Below, piece after piece: positions 11,931 through 25,569 of a DNA stretch of 64,000 bases. Under the pieces are notes generated by a model. The model searched no databases. It saw nothing but the letters and a program-made list of their open reading frames with translations, and was not told where the DNA came from. How positions within the stretch are numbered: the first letter of the stretch is position 1; each line of letters starts with the position of its first letter. Source of the DNA: Octopus vulgaris (Eukaryota); NCBI GenBank assembly GCA_951406725.2, contig OX597816.1, positions 29,574,001 to 29,638,000 of the forward strand, written 5' to 3'. A program made the position numbers and the translations under genes.

Positions 11931-13254
11931 TGCTAATCCAATACGAACACGTTAATGATTTATAAGAAGCACTCCGATATCTAGAGAAGTCACGTCTGAT
12001 GGCGTACAAGTAGCTACTGAAACTGACACAGCAGCGGATACTCTTGGATTTCCCAACAATGAACAGCGGCTGCAGTTTGGTACAATATATCTTTCTGCAT
12101 ACCATCTCTTTGATCGAACACCGAACTAAATCAATCACTAAAAGAGACCGGGTGTTTAGTATCGAGAATGTTGAAGATTTTCCTGGCTTTCATTGCAATC
12201 AACTAACTTAATGTTTTTTACTTAAATTGATGTCTTTTACTTCACCTAACCGACATAAATTTGTATTATGTTGTCCTTCCCATGTAAATTAGATCTTTAC
12301 AGCCAATAAAATGAATCATCGTAATCAGCAGCATGTTGACAGGAAGTAGGACGCTGTTACGAGCGGTGCGGCCTGTTTCATCTAGAAATGGGCTGAAGGG
12401 AAGGTCTCAATTAATCGAGATGTCATATGCCTGTATCGCATCCTTCATAATTTACCGCCTGAGAACTATGCAAGACCCCATCAAACCAAATTAGGGCATC
12501 TGCTCTTCCGCGTCTTGTGAAAGAGTTGAGTTTTACAGGTCTATTGATACCGTCACGTAAAAAACGGAATTAGCATGTCCTTTCTGCCGAGGCAAAGTCT
12601 CTGCCAACTCCAAAGATTCCTAGTGTGTTCTCCCGTTCTAACGCTGCTTTCCCTTAGCTCGACCCGTTGGCGAAGCTGCAGTCTTATGTCAACAATTACC
12701 AAAACTGGGTGCCTAGCACCTAGAATGCCACCGAGGCGTTACCACCTTCTATCCATCGGCCAATGCGGTCGGTGGAAGTTCCACTTAAGCGGTATAATGA
12801 GCTCTAATGGTAGGTAAAGAAAAGGCGTCGATGAAGAAGTAAGGATGCATTTCGAAGGACTTTCGTTATGGGAACTATTTTGTATCGTTTCCAGAAATCG
12901 TAGCCCGCTAATGTCACCGAGAAGGACTAGTGGCCTGAGATGAAATCTATGGTTACGATAGTTCAACTACACGAAAATTTTCGAGACGCGTAGGGTGATG
13001 AAACCGCTCATTGCTGACTGAAGGAGTTTTACAGAACTGCGTGAAGGATGCAAGTAGAAAAAAGCTGGCTAGAGTTCGAGTTCTATTGTTTTCCTTTTAT
13101 AATGTTAGTCAGACGGTTTTCCTCCATCTATGAGGAAGTCAATCTCGTGACTATGTAAAGTCAACCTCATTCAGCACCCATTTAGCAAATAAAAGTACAC
13201 CCATTATCATAATCGTGGTCATCGTCGTTGTTGTTAATATTATTAATAAGCCCA

Positions 13255-13922
13255 CTAGCTGGCAGAATGGTTACCAGGCGGCGAGCTGGCAGAAACGTTA
13301 GCACACCGGGCGAAATGCTTAGTGGTGTTTCGTCTGCCGCTACGTTCTGAGTTCAAATTCCGCCGAGGTCGACTTTGCCTTTCATCCTTTCGGGGTCGAT
13401 TAAATAAGTACCAGTTACGCACTGGGGTCGATATAATCGACTTTATCCGTTTGTCTGTCCTTGTTCGTCCCCTTTGTGTTTAGCCCCTTGTGGGTAGTAA
13501 AGAAATAGGTATTTTGTCTGCTGCTACGTTCTGAGTTCAAATTCCGTCGAGGTCAACTTTGCCTTTCATCCTTTCGAGATCGATTAAATGTGTACAAGTT
13601 ACGCTCTGGGGTCGATATAATCGGCTTAATCCGTTTGTCTGTCCTTGCTTGTCACCCTCTGTGTGTAGCCTCTTGTGGGCAGTAAAGAAATAAGAATGGT
13701 TACCATGCCGAACAAGTTGTTTAGCGGCATTTCGTCCGTCTTTACGATCTGAATTCAAGTTCTGCCGAGGTCAACTTTGCCTTTCATCATTTCGAAGTTG
13801 ATGAAAAAAGTACCAGTTACGCACTGGGGTCGATGAAATAAGTACTAGTTAAGCACTAGAGACGATGTAATCACAAGACTTCTCCTCTAAAAGTTCAGGC
13901 CTTGTACCTATAGCAGAAAGCA
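13255..13922 (+). mobile_element. Nested SINE cluster: a young dimeric SINE (13277-13692) inserted in the head of an older SINE
   Basis: 13-bp TSD AGAATGGTTACCA at 13264-13276 and 13693-13705. Internal units 13324-13507 and 13508-13692. The older copy ends in a different tail (GGCCTTGTACCTATAGCAGAAAG). Confidence 0.88.
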
Positions 13923-14186
13923 TTATTATTAATATCAATATCGTCATTATCATCAACGGCATCTTTATAGTCGTCGTCTCGTTAATTCCCTGACAGCAGG
14001 TAATGGAACACTAAAACATACGAGGTTAGCACGTGCTTATTAGCCTGCGAGGTCATGTGAGTATGTTTTGAATATACGAAGCAGTGGCTTACTGAGTAGT
14101 TCTTCACATGGCTATACATACTTAATGTTTCTTTACCTGCCTCAACACAATTCATGAATATTTTCCTTTATACCCTCTTTTTTATT

Positions 14187-14263
<77 letters not shown>

Positions 14264-14469
14264 AAACAATTTATATCCATAAATTCTCTGAAACAATTTT
14301 TATCCATAAATTCTATTTTATTTTGGCACATATTGTCTAAAATTGAATCTGATTTATTCGCATTGATGGATTCGTGTAAATGTTATCCGCAGTTCCAATA
14401 CGGTTTTATCTTTTGTTGTTGTTTATTTATTTATTTATTTATTTATTATTATTATTATTATCATTATCA

Positions 14470-14843
14470 TCATTCACGTGATCACGTAACCGACCAGACC
14501 ATCAGATGTTTTTATTAATATCGGTATCATTCACCAGGCGAAATATGTGTACATATATACACTTACATATACAAATACACACATACAAGAATACGCACAC
14601 GTATCCATACATTTTAGCCTTCGAATGACGCCACCCCGCTGGCTAAGCGAGCAGGCTAAGAGAAGAAAGAGAGAAAGAGTGGTGAAAGAGTACAGCAGGG
14701 ATCACCACCCCCTGCCGGGGCCTTGTGGAGCTTTTTAGGTGTTTTCGCTCAATAAACACTCACAACGCCCGGTCTGGGAATCGAAACCGCGATCCTACGA
14801 CCGCGAGTCCGCTGCCCTAACAACTAGGTCATTGCGCCTCCAC
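14470..14843 (-). mobile_element. Second tRNA-derived SINE family (other copies at ~9450-9503 minus and ~58012-58200 plus)
   Basis: Minus-strand head GTGGAGGCGCAATGACCTAGTTGTTAGGGCAGCGGACTCGCGGTCGTAGGATCGCGGTTTCGATTCCC with A- and B-box-like motifs. Confidence 0.8.
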
Positions 14844-14846
14844 TTA

Positions 14847-14916
<70 letters not shown>

Positions 14917-14921
14917 CATCA

Positions 14922-14988
<67 letters not shown>

Positions 14989-15248
14989 ATTTGCTAGAGT
15001 TGTTCATCAAACAATTATATACTGCAACGCAATTTTTTGCTGTGCCTTGAATATTTCTTAGAGACGTTATACATACTATTGTAATATGTACATATATTCA
15101 TAGATATGTGTGCGCGTGTGTAATATTTGTGTGTATACAATATATATATTTATGTATGGATACGTGTGCGTATTCTTGTATGTGTGTATTTGTATATGTA
15201 AGTGTATATATGTACACATATTTCGCCTGGTGAATGATACCGATATTA
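14516..15248. repeat. Perfect 97-bp inverted repeat (14516-14612 / 15152-15248)
   Basis: TAATATCGGTATCATTCACCAGGCG...GTATCCATACAT and its exact reverse complement. Confidence 0.9.
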
Positions 15249-15659
15249 GTAAAATTTAAAAACCATTTCACAGGTAATCCTCTGCAATATTTGATTCTAC
15301 ACAAAGGTAGGGGTACTTCTATTTCCCTCTGCTCTCAGAAATATAGTAAAGAAGTCCTACCGTCACTGGAAAACTGTGACAACTGACGTTACTCTACACT
15401 AGTTGAGATAGAAATTTATTCTTGGATTACTTCTACACTCTACGATTTTGTCAGTGTCTTTTTTACTATCATTCATTTATATGCATACAAACATATATAC
15501 ATACACACACAGTAACAGACAGACAGACCTATACATATGCATTCACTTACACATATACATACGCGTGCGCGCGCCGCACACGAGCACGTATATTGTTACA
15601 GGATGTTTTTTACAGAATCTAAGTTATATAACATTTTTTTTGCTTTTATCTAAACCGTG

Positions 15660-16160
15660 ATACACTTAAGTCAATATATACTGTTTCGTTCTTATGCAGT
15701 ATATTTTTAGATTATACTATATTTCCTTCCATTTTCTCTCGCTTCTACGCCGTTTTCTTCCTCATTAGAATTCATTTTTCCCTTGACGCTCAGTATTTCC
15801 TCTTCAAATGCAATATTATCTTCTGTTATTCTCTTCCGTCACGCAGCAACCATATCACACACTGTACTCCTCATATAACCGAACACTTGATTTTTATTCC
15901 TATGTTTAAACCTCACTTATACTCTTGAGACCCTATTATTTCACCAAATTAGAAATAGCTTTTGAGGATTCCCTTATGGTTTCCTTTCGATTTAACACAT
16001 CGTTAATTCATCTAGTTACATTAACTATTCTGAGTCATATGTCTCTTGATAGATTACAACAAACTAACCAATGCTTAACACATCTTGATAAAGCAGCATG
16101 CATTATTGACTTTGTTAGCAAGTATTCAAATATCGTGGCTTTAATATCGTTGACTGCTTC
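15660..16160 (-). pseudogene. Highly degenerate LINE (RTE-like) RT C-terminal fragment
   Basis: Only weak motifs ('YGC', 'IAFEEEIL'). Confidence 0.3.
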
Positions 16161-16687
16161 CAGTTGAGTCACTTTCTTCACATGACATCATATTGTAAAT
16201 AAGCAGGGTGTGAATACTTAAGGTTATTTGTTCTCCTAAGGCGTGATCTTCCATCGTTATTTTCCAGAAGTAACAAGGTAATCAGTATTTGTCCCAAAGA
16301 AACCCCAAATAAAGTATGAAATTCTTCGTAGAGAAATATTAGCACAATTATGACAAAGCAAAAGGTTTGCTTTCTCAGTGTTGACAAAATCTTCTAATCC
16401 CTCTTATTTATCTAAATCAGTCCTACCGACACTGGGAAATACAGTCCTTCTGGGGACGCTAGGAAAATCTAGAGGGCTTTGAAGAAACACGAGGTGATAA
16501 TGGAGTGGTCAAATGGGGTTACTCGATTACAATGCTCAACTACGTACTTTTCTCAGGTTTACAAAATAGAGTTTAAAAGCTTGTCATAAAATTCCTAAGG
16601 GAATTGCATAGAAAGATATATTACCGACTAAAAGCAACCTCAGAAACAATATATTTGTGTCAAGTGTAGCAGCAGCAAAAAGATCAA

Positions 16688-16726
<39 letters not shown>

Positions 16727-17067
16727 TGTGTGTGTGTATGTGTGTGTGTGTGTGTGCGTGTTTGTGCGTGCGGGTCAATGTGTCTGAATGTATGTTAAGG
16801 ATGGGGGTTCTTCTTGTTCTAAAATTGTACCAGACTGTTGTATTCCCTAGACATCTGATATTGATACTACTGAATACCTTTCATACCAATGCCAAATACG
16901 TGTGTGTTATTTAAATTCAGTCTTTTTTTGAATCTTTGAATCCTCATAAAAAAAAATAATTACACTGAGGGGATTCTTAGACACAAACAATGAATTTTTA
17001 TAATTTTATTATGGGTAAGAATCAAAACAATTGTATGTCATTCGTCTTCAATATCTATTACTTATTA

Positions 17068-17991
17068 CTAGCAGAAAGATCACGCTCCCGGCGGTTTTCT
17101 GCTAGCCACTCTGTGACATGTCTATATTTGATTCCCAATTCTAATAATTTTTATAGTTTAAGTCTAATTATTTTCTCGTGTTTTTATGTTCACTTGCTTA
17201 GTAAATATTGATTTAATTATTTTATTACAGTCATAATCTCTCTTTTTTAATCAAGCATCAAGGTAGTCCAACTACGTTTGATGTGCCAAAAAACATCAGC
17301 GATCGCATAGAGGTATTTTAATACCTATAACGTATCAAATAGCCATAGGAATGAAATTCACTTGCTAGATAACGACGCAAAGGAAATAAATCACATGAGT
17401 TTGAAGCTTCAGTAAGTTTTAATAAGTTGTCCATTATGATTTATTTTCAGTATGTATAAATAATAAACTTAGTGCATTTATACGGCGAATTTAAGTCAAC
17501 AAAATACATGATTTCCTCATCTGAAATAATGAAATAAAACTTGAAGGGAAAACTTTATAACAAATATATATTAAGTAGATTATTATTAATGAAAAAAATT
17601 AGAGGCGGGGGAGAGAGGAAGTGAATGACTGTGTTGCAAATGAAAACGATGCATTTTGTCAGAACATATTAATATTGTATATCAAATGTCAAAGTCTGCA
17701 GTGAACGTAACGCTTGGCAAAAAATATTTAAATTTGTGATAGTAAATAATAAGATGCTTCGAAAGTGCCTTTTTTTCGATATATATTAACAGACGAATTT
17801 ATAAAAATTTTCCAGAGTCAAACCTATAATATGGTTATTATGGAGGGTGTGAGTAACTAACTAAGTGACAGCCCAGAAATTTACATGTAGATATATATCT
17901 GAGTCAATCTATTATATATATTTATCATTAATAATTGGTAGAACTTATATAGGTGTGCAAAGAGAGATAGGTAGATAGACGGATAGATAAG

Positions 17992-18056
<65 letters not shown>

Positions 18057-19670
18057 GGATGGATAAATGGATATACACACATACACACAAGTCTGGTGCT
18101 GCGAGGACACATGGTAATGCCGTTTCCTTACTTCTTCAAATGTACCCAAATTTAAAATGATCTAATATGGTATCATTGATCCGATATGTGTTGAAATATA
18201 CCAAAACAATTTTATTCCTTACAAATGTATGTCACCTTACTTATAACTTATATGTTAATTCTACTTACTGAAACTTGCTAAAAAGAATATTTTGCGTTAA
18301 AGTAGTATCTCCTTGTATATACAGTCATCAGTAATCATAGTGTTTCCATTTTTCTCAGCCAATATTTTTTCATTAGCCTTCTTTCGAACTCTAGTTAATG
18401 CAACATACAGCTGAACATGTGAGAAGAATTGTGTCGGAAGATATATTCCAATTCGATGAAAAATCTATTCCTGTGCCTTGTTGCAGGTCAAGGCAAAAGC
18501 TGGCTTGACAGGAAATTCTTTGCGTGTAAATATGAATGGAAATTCCATTTCTTAAAATGCATGTGGTATTCTTGGGATTAGCAGAGTTGATCTTGCATAA
18601 GGACCAGAAGCAACCTCAGCCTCCATAACATGATCATGCAAACTGACAATGATGTAGCGTGTGCCATTGCAATGTCCATTTGAAGCATCTAAATTTCACA
18701 GAAGTCTTATGCAGCATTTTCTTCAGTGTGAGAATGTCTGGTGGAAACCTTGATGGTATTTGTTGATGAACTCAATTAGGTACACAGTTTCTCTATAAAC
18801 TGTATATGAACTTCTGTATATTTTTAGATCACAAGGGATCCTGGTCAACAGAAAATCATTCACAAATTGTGTTGCTTCTTTTATTGGAGTAACGATTGTT
18901 TTATTTGCAAGCCACACAGGGTTTTTGAAGTTATTTGTGAGGTCAGCATATACAAAATCGCATAGAACTGAGAGAGTACTACGTTCAAGGAAAAGATCAT
19001 TAGGTAGTTTGATTTTGAATTTACCTAGGCTTTGTTCAACAGAGATGTTACCATTTCCTACATCAAGAAGTCAAGAAAGTAATTAGCAAACTCTCTTTCA
19101 TCAGAATGAGCTTTTGTAAGAAGTCTTAGATTGTTTTTTCACTCCACTACTTCCACATGATCCCAAAGAAAATATCTCTTTAGTATTACCTTAACAATTT
19201 GTGGTCTGACGCCATTATTTTGAAGTATGATATTCTCCTCTCAAGATACCCTAACCAGTCAGTCATGTGTAACGGAAACAGAATCGCGTCTACGTCTCCG
19301 TGCATATTTAGACATCTGTTTCATCTGATTCAGTCGTCCGCCTTCCTCTCTGCTGTTGTGTCTTTGTTGCTAAATTTTCTTTTTCAGTCGCATACTTTTT
19401 GGGACGGCCCATGTTGAATTGCAAAATTTCAAACGTGATATTTTTGTAATAACGAAATCAAACCTGGAGAGAAATTTTGAGTGTATTTGTGTGTGAGGGA
19501 GAAAAGAAGGGGCAGAGAACATTGCAAACATTGAATGAAAATAAATATGAAATGAAAGAAATCATTTAAGTGAAAGAGTGCAAGAAATAGCAGCGATCAC
19601 AAAGTTATTATTGTAAGACTTATAGCGTTTCGAGTACCCATACCAACAAAATCACTTCTTCATTAAAAGA
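17068..19670 (-). mobile_element. Helitron relic with PIF1-type helicase fragment (~18250-19200); 5' end uncertain
   Basis: Minus-strand peptides 'WLANKTIVTP..VNDFLL', 'YLIEFIN', 'NLDASNGHCNGTRYII', 'LLIPRIP', 'FTRKEFPVKPAFALTCNKAQG'. The 3' end has a short GC hairpin (CGC-CGGGA-GCG) followed by CTAG|T at 17071-17067. Confidence 0.8.
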
Positions 19671-20178
19671 ATATATATATATACCGGTATATTAAAGAAT
19701 TTTCATTTTATCAAAAATATTCATTTAACAAACTCCGGAAACATAATACTCTTGAAATTATGCCTCGTATCAAATATATATACCTATTATCAAATTATCA
19801 TTATCGCCTGCATCGAATTAATATTGTTTATCATTAAACATTAAAACCTATTACACAGTCAATGCTTCAATATTTAAATTTGAAAAGAACTGGGAGTTAC
19901 TAAAATTCAATAAACTTCAGAAAACGAAGTTGAAGTAGATTTCTTAGAACATAAATTTATAAAAATATATCCAGACGGCCTTTGATATCTTTCAGTACAT
20001 TTAGTAATTGTTAAATACCTAATTAATAAGCAACTTTCTCCATTATAGCATAGATATTCTGTTATATTATTATAAGAATATAACATAATATAGTATTATA
20101 CTAATAAATTTTAATTTTTGAATTGACAATTGTATATATTTCCATTTTCTATTCCTTGCATGTATCTCAATTTTCTCT

Positions 20179-20516
<338 letters not shown>

Positions 20517-20642
20517 TCGTTACAATATCATAAATCAAGAGAAGAGCATACCCTACAAAAAATATAGGGCAGTTTATTTTAGAATGTGTAACGTAACAGT
20601 TGAGGTAAAAAAATACATTGGTTTCATATCTAATGTGAACTA

Positions 20643-21843
20643 TTAGGTTCTCAAAGTTCTTGCAGAATTTTTTATTTTGGTTTTAAATGGTGTATTTTCA
20701 AATTAATGTTCGTTAAATGACTTTATATATCATTATAAAGCCCATTTTTTGGTCTATCGAATCGTGTTACTCTTTTTTTTTTTTGAATAAGTAAGCCATT
20801 TTCTCCGGAACGTTGACTATAACATGGACAAAAAGCTAATTCGTACACTTTTCTTATTTCACTTCAAGCTAGGTCGAAAGGCTGTTGAAATAGCTCGCGA
20901 TATCAACGATACGTTTGGCCCAGGAACCGCTAACGACGGTACAGCACAATGGTGGTTCAAGAAATTTCGTAGCGGTGACTAGAGTCTTGAAGCTGATAAG
21001 AGCCTTAGTGGAAGCCAATCTATGCACAACTATTCGAGACCTTGCTTCTGAATTAGACGTAACATATACGACAATTTCCAACCACTTGAAAGAGATTGGG
21101 AAAAAATACTTGAGAAACGATAACCAGAAAAAAAAAACGCCGTTTCGAAGTGTGGTCTTCCCTTCTTTTACGCAACAAGAACGATCCGTTTCTCGACCAG
21201 ATTATGACTTGCTATGAAAAGTGGATTATTTTACGACAACCGGCGATGCTCAGCTCAGTGGTTGGACGCCGACAAAAGCCCCACAGCACTTCCCGAAGCC
21301 ACAGTTGCACATATTGAAGGTCATGGTGACATTTTGGTGGTCTGCGGCCGGTCTCATCCATCACAGCTTTTTGGATCCAGGCGAAACCATTACGGCGAGG
21401 AAGTACTGTCAGCAAATGGATGAAATGCATAAGAAACTCCGACAACAGCCAGCATTAGTCTATAGAAAAGGACCAAATATTCTCCACGACAACGCTCAGC
21501 CGCACGTCACACAACTGACCCTGCACAAGTTGAAATGCGAAACTCTGCCTCATCCGCCATATTCACCAGACCTTGCCTACCGACTATCACTTTTTCAAGC
21601 ATCTCGACAACTTCCTGCGTGAGAAATGCTTCGAAAACCAAGACGATTCCAAATACGCCTTCAACGACTTCATCGCCACCAGAACGCAGGATTTTTACGC
21701 TACTGGCACAAACTTATTTCGCGTAGGCAAAAGTTGGTTGATTCTGATGGTGGTTATTTCGATTAATTAAGTTTTGTTTGAGCCGGGATATGTGCAGCTG
21801 AATTTAAAAGTCAAAAACCGCCAGAACATTCTTGACAACCTAG
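20643..21843 (+). mobile_element. Near full-length mariner (Hsmar1/cecropia-like) with disrupted transposase
   Basis: Imperfect TIRs TTAGGTTCTCAAAGTTCTTG / CAGAACATTCTTGACAACCTA with TA flanks. ATG at 20824 gives MDKKLIRTLFLFHFKLGRKAVEIARDINDTFGPGTANDGTAQWWFKKF. Later motifs HDNAQPH, HPPYSPDLA and PTDYHFFKHLDNFL; several stops and frameshifts. Confidence 0.93.
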
Positions 21844-22059
21844 ATATCTCTTCAGTTTCTCTAAACAATAACCGTTCTCTGCAAATAATGTTGTTTTTTT
21901 TTAAACACAAGAACGCAGGTGATAGTTCAAGAACTATTCCTCTTAAAATTACGATCGGGTAGTTGTCTTCCTCCGCTTCCTAAAATGTAGACAACACCCC
22001 AGGGCTTCCGTCCTGGAGTTTAGGGTCCCGGAGAGATGCAACACAACAACACTTGCAGC

Positions 22060-22495
22060 ATACGTATAGCGCCTAAAAGAAGATCATGTACACTTTAACA
22101 TCAGGTAGAAATTACTGGAAGCTTGTGGACTCTATCGCAAAGGAATAAGACTGTGTAAATTGTGTATGGCAGAAAGATATATAATCCTCATGAACTCACA
22201 TGACCTAGGAGGCTATGAGAGGTAATGGTGTCGGTGGGAACCAAAGGTGTCAGGTAATACTAAATAAGTGCTATGGATAGACATGTATGCCTTTCTCCAC
22301 AGCAGAATCTATGTCTGTAGATGGGTAGAGTGAAATCACATCCATACTACATACTACACAACCTGTGAGATCGTTGGTGTGGCTGCAAGTACTGATTTTA
22401 CTGAGGAGATATTCCGTGCTCACACAGACATCAGGAGACATCTCTATGAGAGGTCGTAACACCTGTGAGATGAAGTAGGACAGCATATAGTTGCT
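22060..22495. pseudogene. Penelope-like fragments: RT piece on minus (22271-22495) and a probable endonuclease C-terminus on plus (~22100-22200)
   Basis: 'LSYFISQVLRPLIEMSPDVC..SMDVISLYPS' aligns by eye with the RT at 6379-8499. 'YRKGIRLCKLCMAERYII' resembles the CxLCxxEK tail of some Penelope endonucleases. Confidence 0.7.
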
Positions 22496-23743
22496 GGAGA
22501 TATTCGGACAGACTCAAGACTATTGAAAAGTTTGCAAGAAGCTAAGAAAATTTTAGGAAAATAAAAATAAGAATTAAGTGGAAATTTTACCGATGGGTGT
22601 TTTAAATTATAAGGCTCAAAAAGAAAATGACTCTCCCCAGACACAACAGTATATATATATTGGTTCTTTATAGCATTGAAGATAACCTTAAGGACCAGCT
22701 TGTGTCTCCATGTATAACTATTCAACGTTAGTGAAAAATTGTTTCAGTGTTCCGACCTTTCTGCATTTGCATATATCTGAGACGTTCCATTTACTAGATT
22801 TGCAGATGATGGCAAATAGGATGAACGAATCAGAAAACTAAGCCGAGATGTGCTCTATTCCAACTTATTTTTCTCTCAACAACTTGTTCCTATCATCTCG
22901 TCATCTGTCCTTGTTAAGGGTATTCGATCAAAAGCTCTCTTCTCTCTGCTTTCCTCGTTTTGATGTTGCTAACAACAAATCTCCGTTCGCTCCGCATCAT
23001 ACTTGCAAACGGTTTGAACCGATCTGCGCCGACATTAAGTCCCTTTCGATGAATTTCCACCCACCATATTTCGGTGAGTAAGAGAAGACGGGATGTTACA
23101 GTCTCTGCTTCTGCTTTGACATCCTGTCTTCTCTTCTATCTCAACTTTGTAATTTTAAGGTAAATGCAGGAGAATCTACATACGTTCTGTTAACAAAATT
23201 TTGAACGTCATTCTAAGTAATGATTGGTTTACAAAAATTATATACATTTTTGTAAATCTATATACTTTACAGTTTGCCTTCGTATATATGTTTTAAATTT
23301 AAGCTTGCTGCGATGTACTCATATATTGGTAAAATAACAGGTATTGTAAATATAAATTGGTATAATTATTTCTTTTTAAAATTAGTTCAGTGTCAGTAAT
23401 CAGTACACAACATGTTTTTTCTCTTTTTTAAGCTTATATATTAGAACCTCTATCATTTAGGTTTTTTTTTTCTTAAAAAGGTATTTAATTATGTGTTTGT
23501 CGGATTTTCAGAATTGCTGCCTTACATAAAGCGGAATTTCTCGTATTTTTTCGGCATTTTTCCATAATTCACTGGCGTTCCACATTTCAAAATACTCACA
23601 AGCGGATTTTCTTCAAAAGAAAACTTTCAAAGTAAATATTTTTCAACGTCTAAACTCACCACCGCCGCCACCACAAACACACTCATCGTACCATTGAAAA
23701 ACAAACCATAGCTAATTTTTGTTTCTAATTTCTTTTTCGGTAA

Positions 23744-23850
23744 GTAGTATTCCACATTTTGAAACACTTAATTTTTACAGAAAAACTAAGTTGGCAAAGC
23801 TATAATGCATAAATTGAAATTTACGTGTTTCAAAATGTGGAATGCTATAA
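23744..23850. repeat. Short MITE-like inverted repeat
   Basis: TAGTATTCCACATTTTGAAACAC ... GTGTTTCAAAATGTGGAATGCTA. Confidence 0.55.
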
Positions 23851-23889
23851 TAGTTAAGGTATATTGTACAACATACACATAGCGACCAA

Positions 23890-25569
23890 ATTTACAATCA
23901 GATGAATGTCATTTGTTTCTTGCTTATGTTTGTTTCATAAAAGAGCTATTATTTGTAAGATAACTAGTAATAGATACAAAAATGTAGTAAGTATTTCATT
24001 TCTAAACAATAGATAGAACACCATAGATAGTAGTTTGTCATCCCTGCTTCATTCGTTTATTGAAAATGCTATACCTAGTGTGTTTGCACACGTTGCAAAT
24101 AACCTAAGTAGTAAACTTAAATCGTTGAACACTGTTATCACAGCCGTAAATGGCATCAAGTATCATACTCTCAATTCCCTACTGTTTCATCAGCTCTGCA
24201 ATGAGAAGGATAAAGATTTTGAACTATTGTTTCTGCATACGGAAGTTCGATGGATGCTGACGGGAAACTGCCTGAAAGTTTCTACTCTCTTTTTAAAACA
24301 GTTGGGGGCGGCAGTCCGATAAATTTCAGTACCACTTATCTAAATAGCATACTTAATTTTGTCGCAAAATTACTTCAGACTTGTGGCTATTTGATTTCAT
24401 ATCCCACATGAGATTGCGGTCGGAATGGTATTTCTTGTTTCTTAGACGACAATCTTGCCAATATCGAGTTATTTTAAAACTAATTCTTTATACTATTCAC
24501 ATTTTTCGGCTTTGGAAAGGCATTTCAACACCATGTGCTAATTAGGGATGGCATATGAATTATCATTCCAACTCCATTAATGCAGAACAAGATTTGGTAT
24601 TTTCTCAAAAAGAGATTAATGTATTACTCCAATAGTAATGAAATCTGAAATGCCATCAATACCACAATATTTCAGAGATTTGTTTTTAATTTTTTTTTTT
24701 GTAATACCCTAATTCTGTTTTTTGTGATGAACTAAGAAACATCAAGCAGGACTCACAAAGCTTAAAAGAAATAATTTGCAACCAGAAGAAAATGAAGTTG
24801 AATGTTATCAAGTTAAAATCACGCCTCTGTTCAAGTTAAAAGTTATTCAAATACAACCAAACCCGTTGTGAGAGCTTACAGTTTCAGAGCCTCCCTGACC
24901 TGGAGAAAGAAAAATGCATATCAGGAGATAATATTCAAGATATTGTTCACATATCGATGAGCTGCATAGAGACATGTCTGACAGACGTCAAGATATTTCC
25001 TTTTGCTTACAATACCAACCTGAGAGATTCCTAGATATCAATTTTGACGTTAAAATGATACTTAGCTGAGGCGAATGTTCGAAGAAAACATATCAGGATT
25101 TTTGATTGCATTTCTCATTGCTACCTTGCACTGCGGAATACAGAGATGACGTACTTTATTGCCCACCCAAAGTTATGTTCAGTAGACCGGACTTCGGGAC
25201 AGCTGCCCACTTTCTTTCTAAGCAAAGTAAAACCAGACTGAAAATTATTGAACCCAAGGATCAAAGAATACTTATTGGTGTCTCTCTTCCCGATGTCTGG
25301 AAGCTGATATCCTTGCACCAAGTACATTCATCGCAGTAAAAATATTAAAACAATTTAATGAGATGTAAATTTGTTCATTTATACTGTAAAAACAGCAAAA
25401 TAATGAGTTAACAAGGTTAATTATTAAAAGTAAGATACGACTGTTTTCATTTTTCGGCAAGAAGAGATCTATGTTTATGGTGAGGTAGTGTGTGTGTATG
25501 GGAGAGGAGCACTTGGGATTTGGGCTGATGGCCAAGATGGCGGCAATCCGAAAATGTTTGGGAACCACT
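23890..25569 (+). mobile_element. hAT (Buster/Charlie, ZBED5/SCAND3-like) transposon relic, interrupted at ~24330-24700
   Basis: 'SLNTVITAVNGIK..LNSLLFHQLCNEKDKDFELLFLHTEVRW..GNCL' and C-terminal 'LSKQ..RLKIIE..PDVWKLISLHQVHSS'. Right TIR-like GTTTGGGAACCACT at ~25556-25569. Confidence 0.8.

Noticed and set aside
12300-13150. Possible LTR-retrotransposon remnant (TVSID-like motif on minus)
   Set aside because: Single weak motif with no LTRs or other domains recognised.
14770-14843. tRNA gene
   Set aside because: It is the tRNA-derived head of a multicopy SINE and continues into the SINE body.
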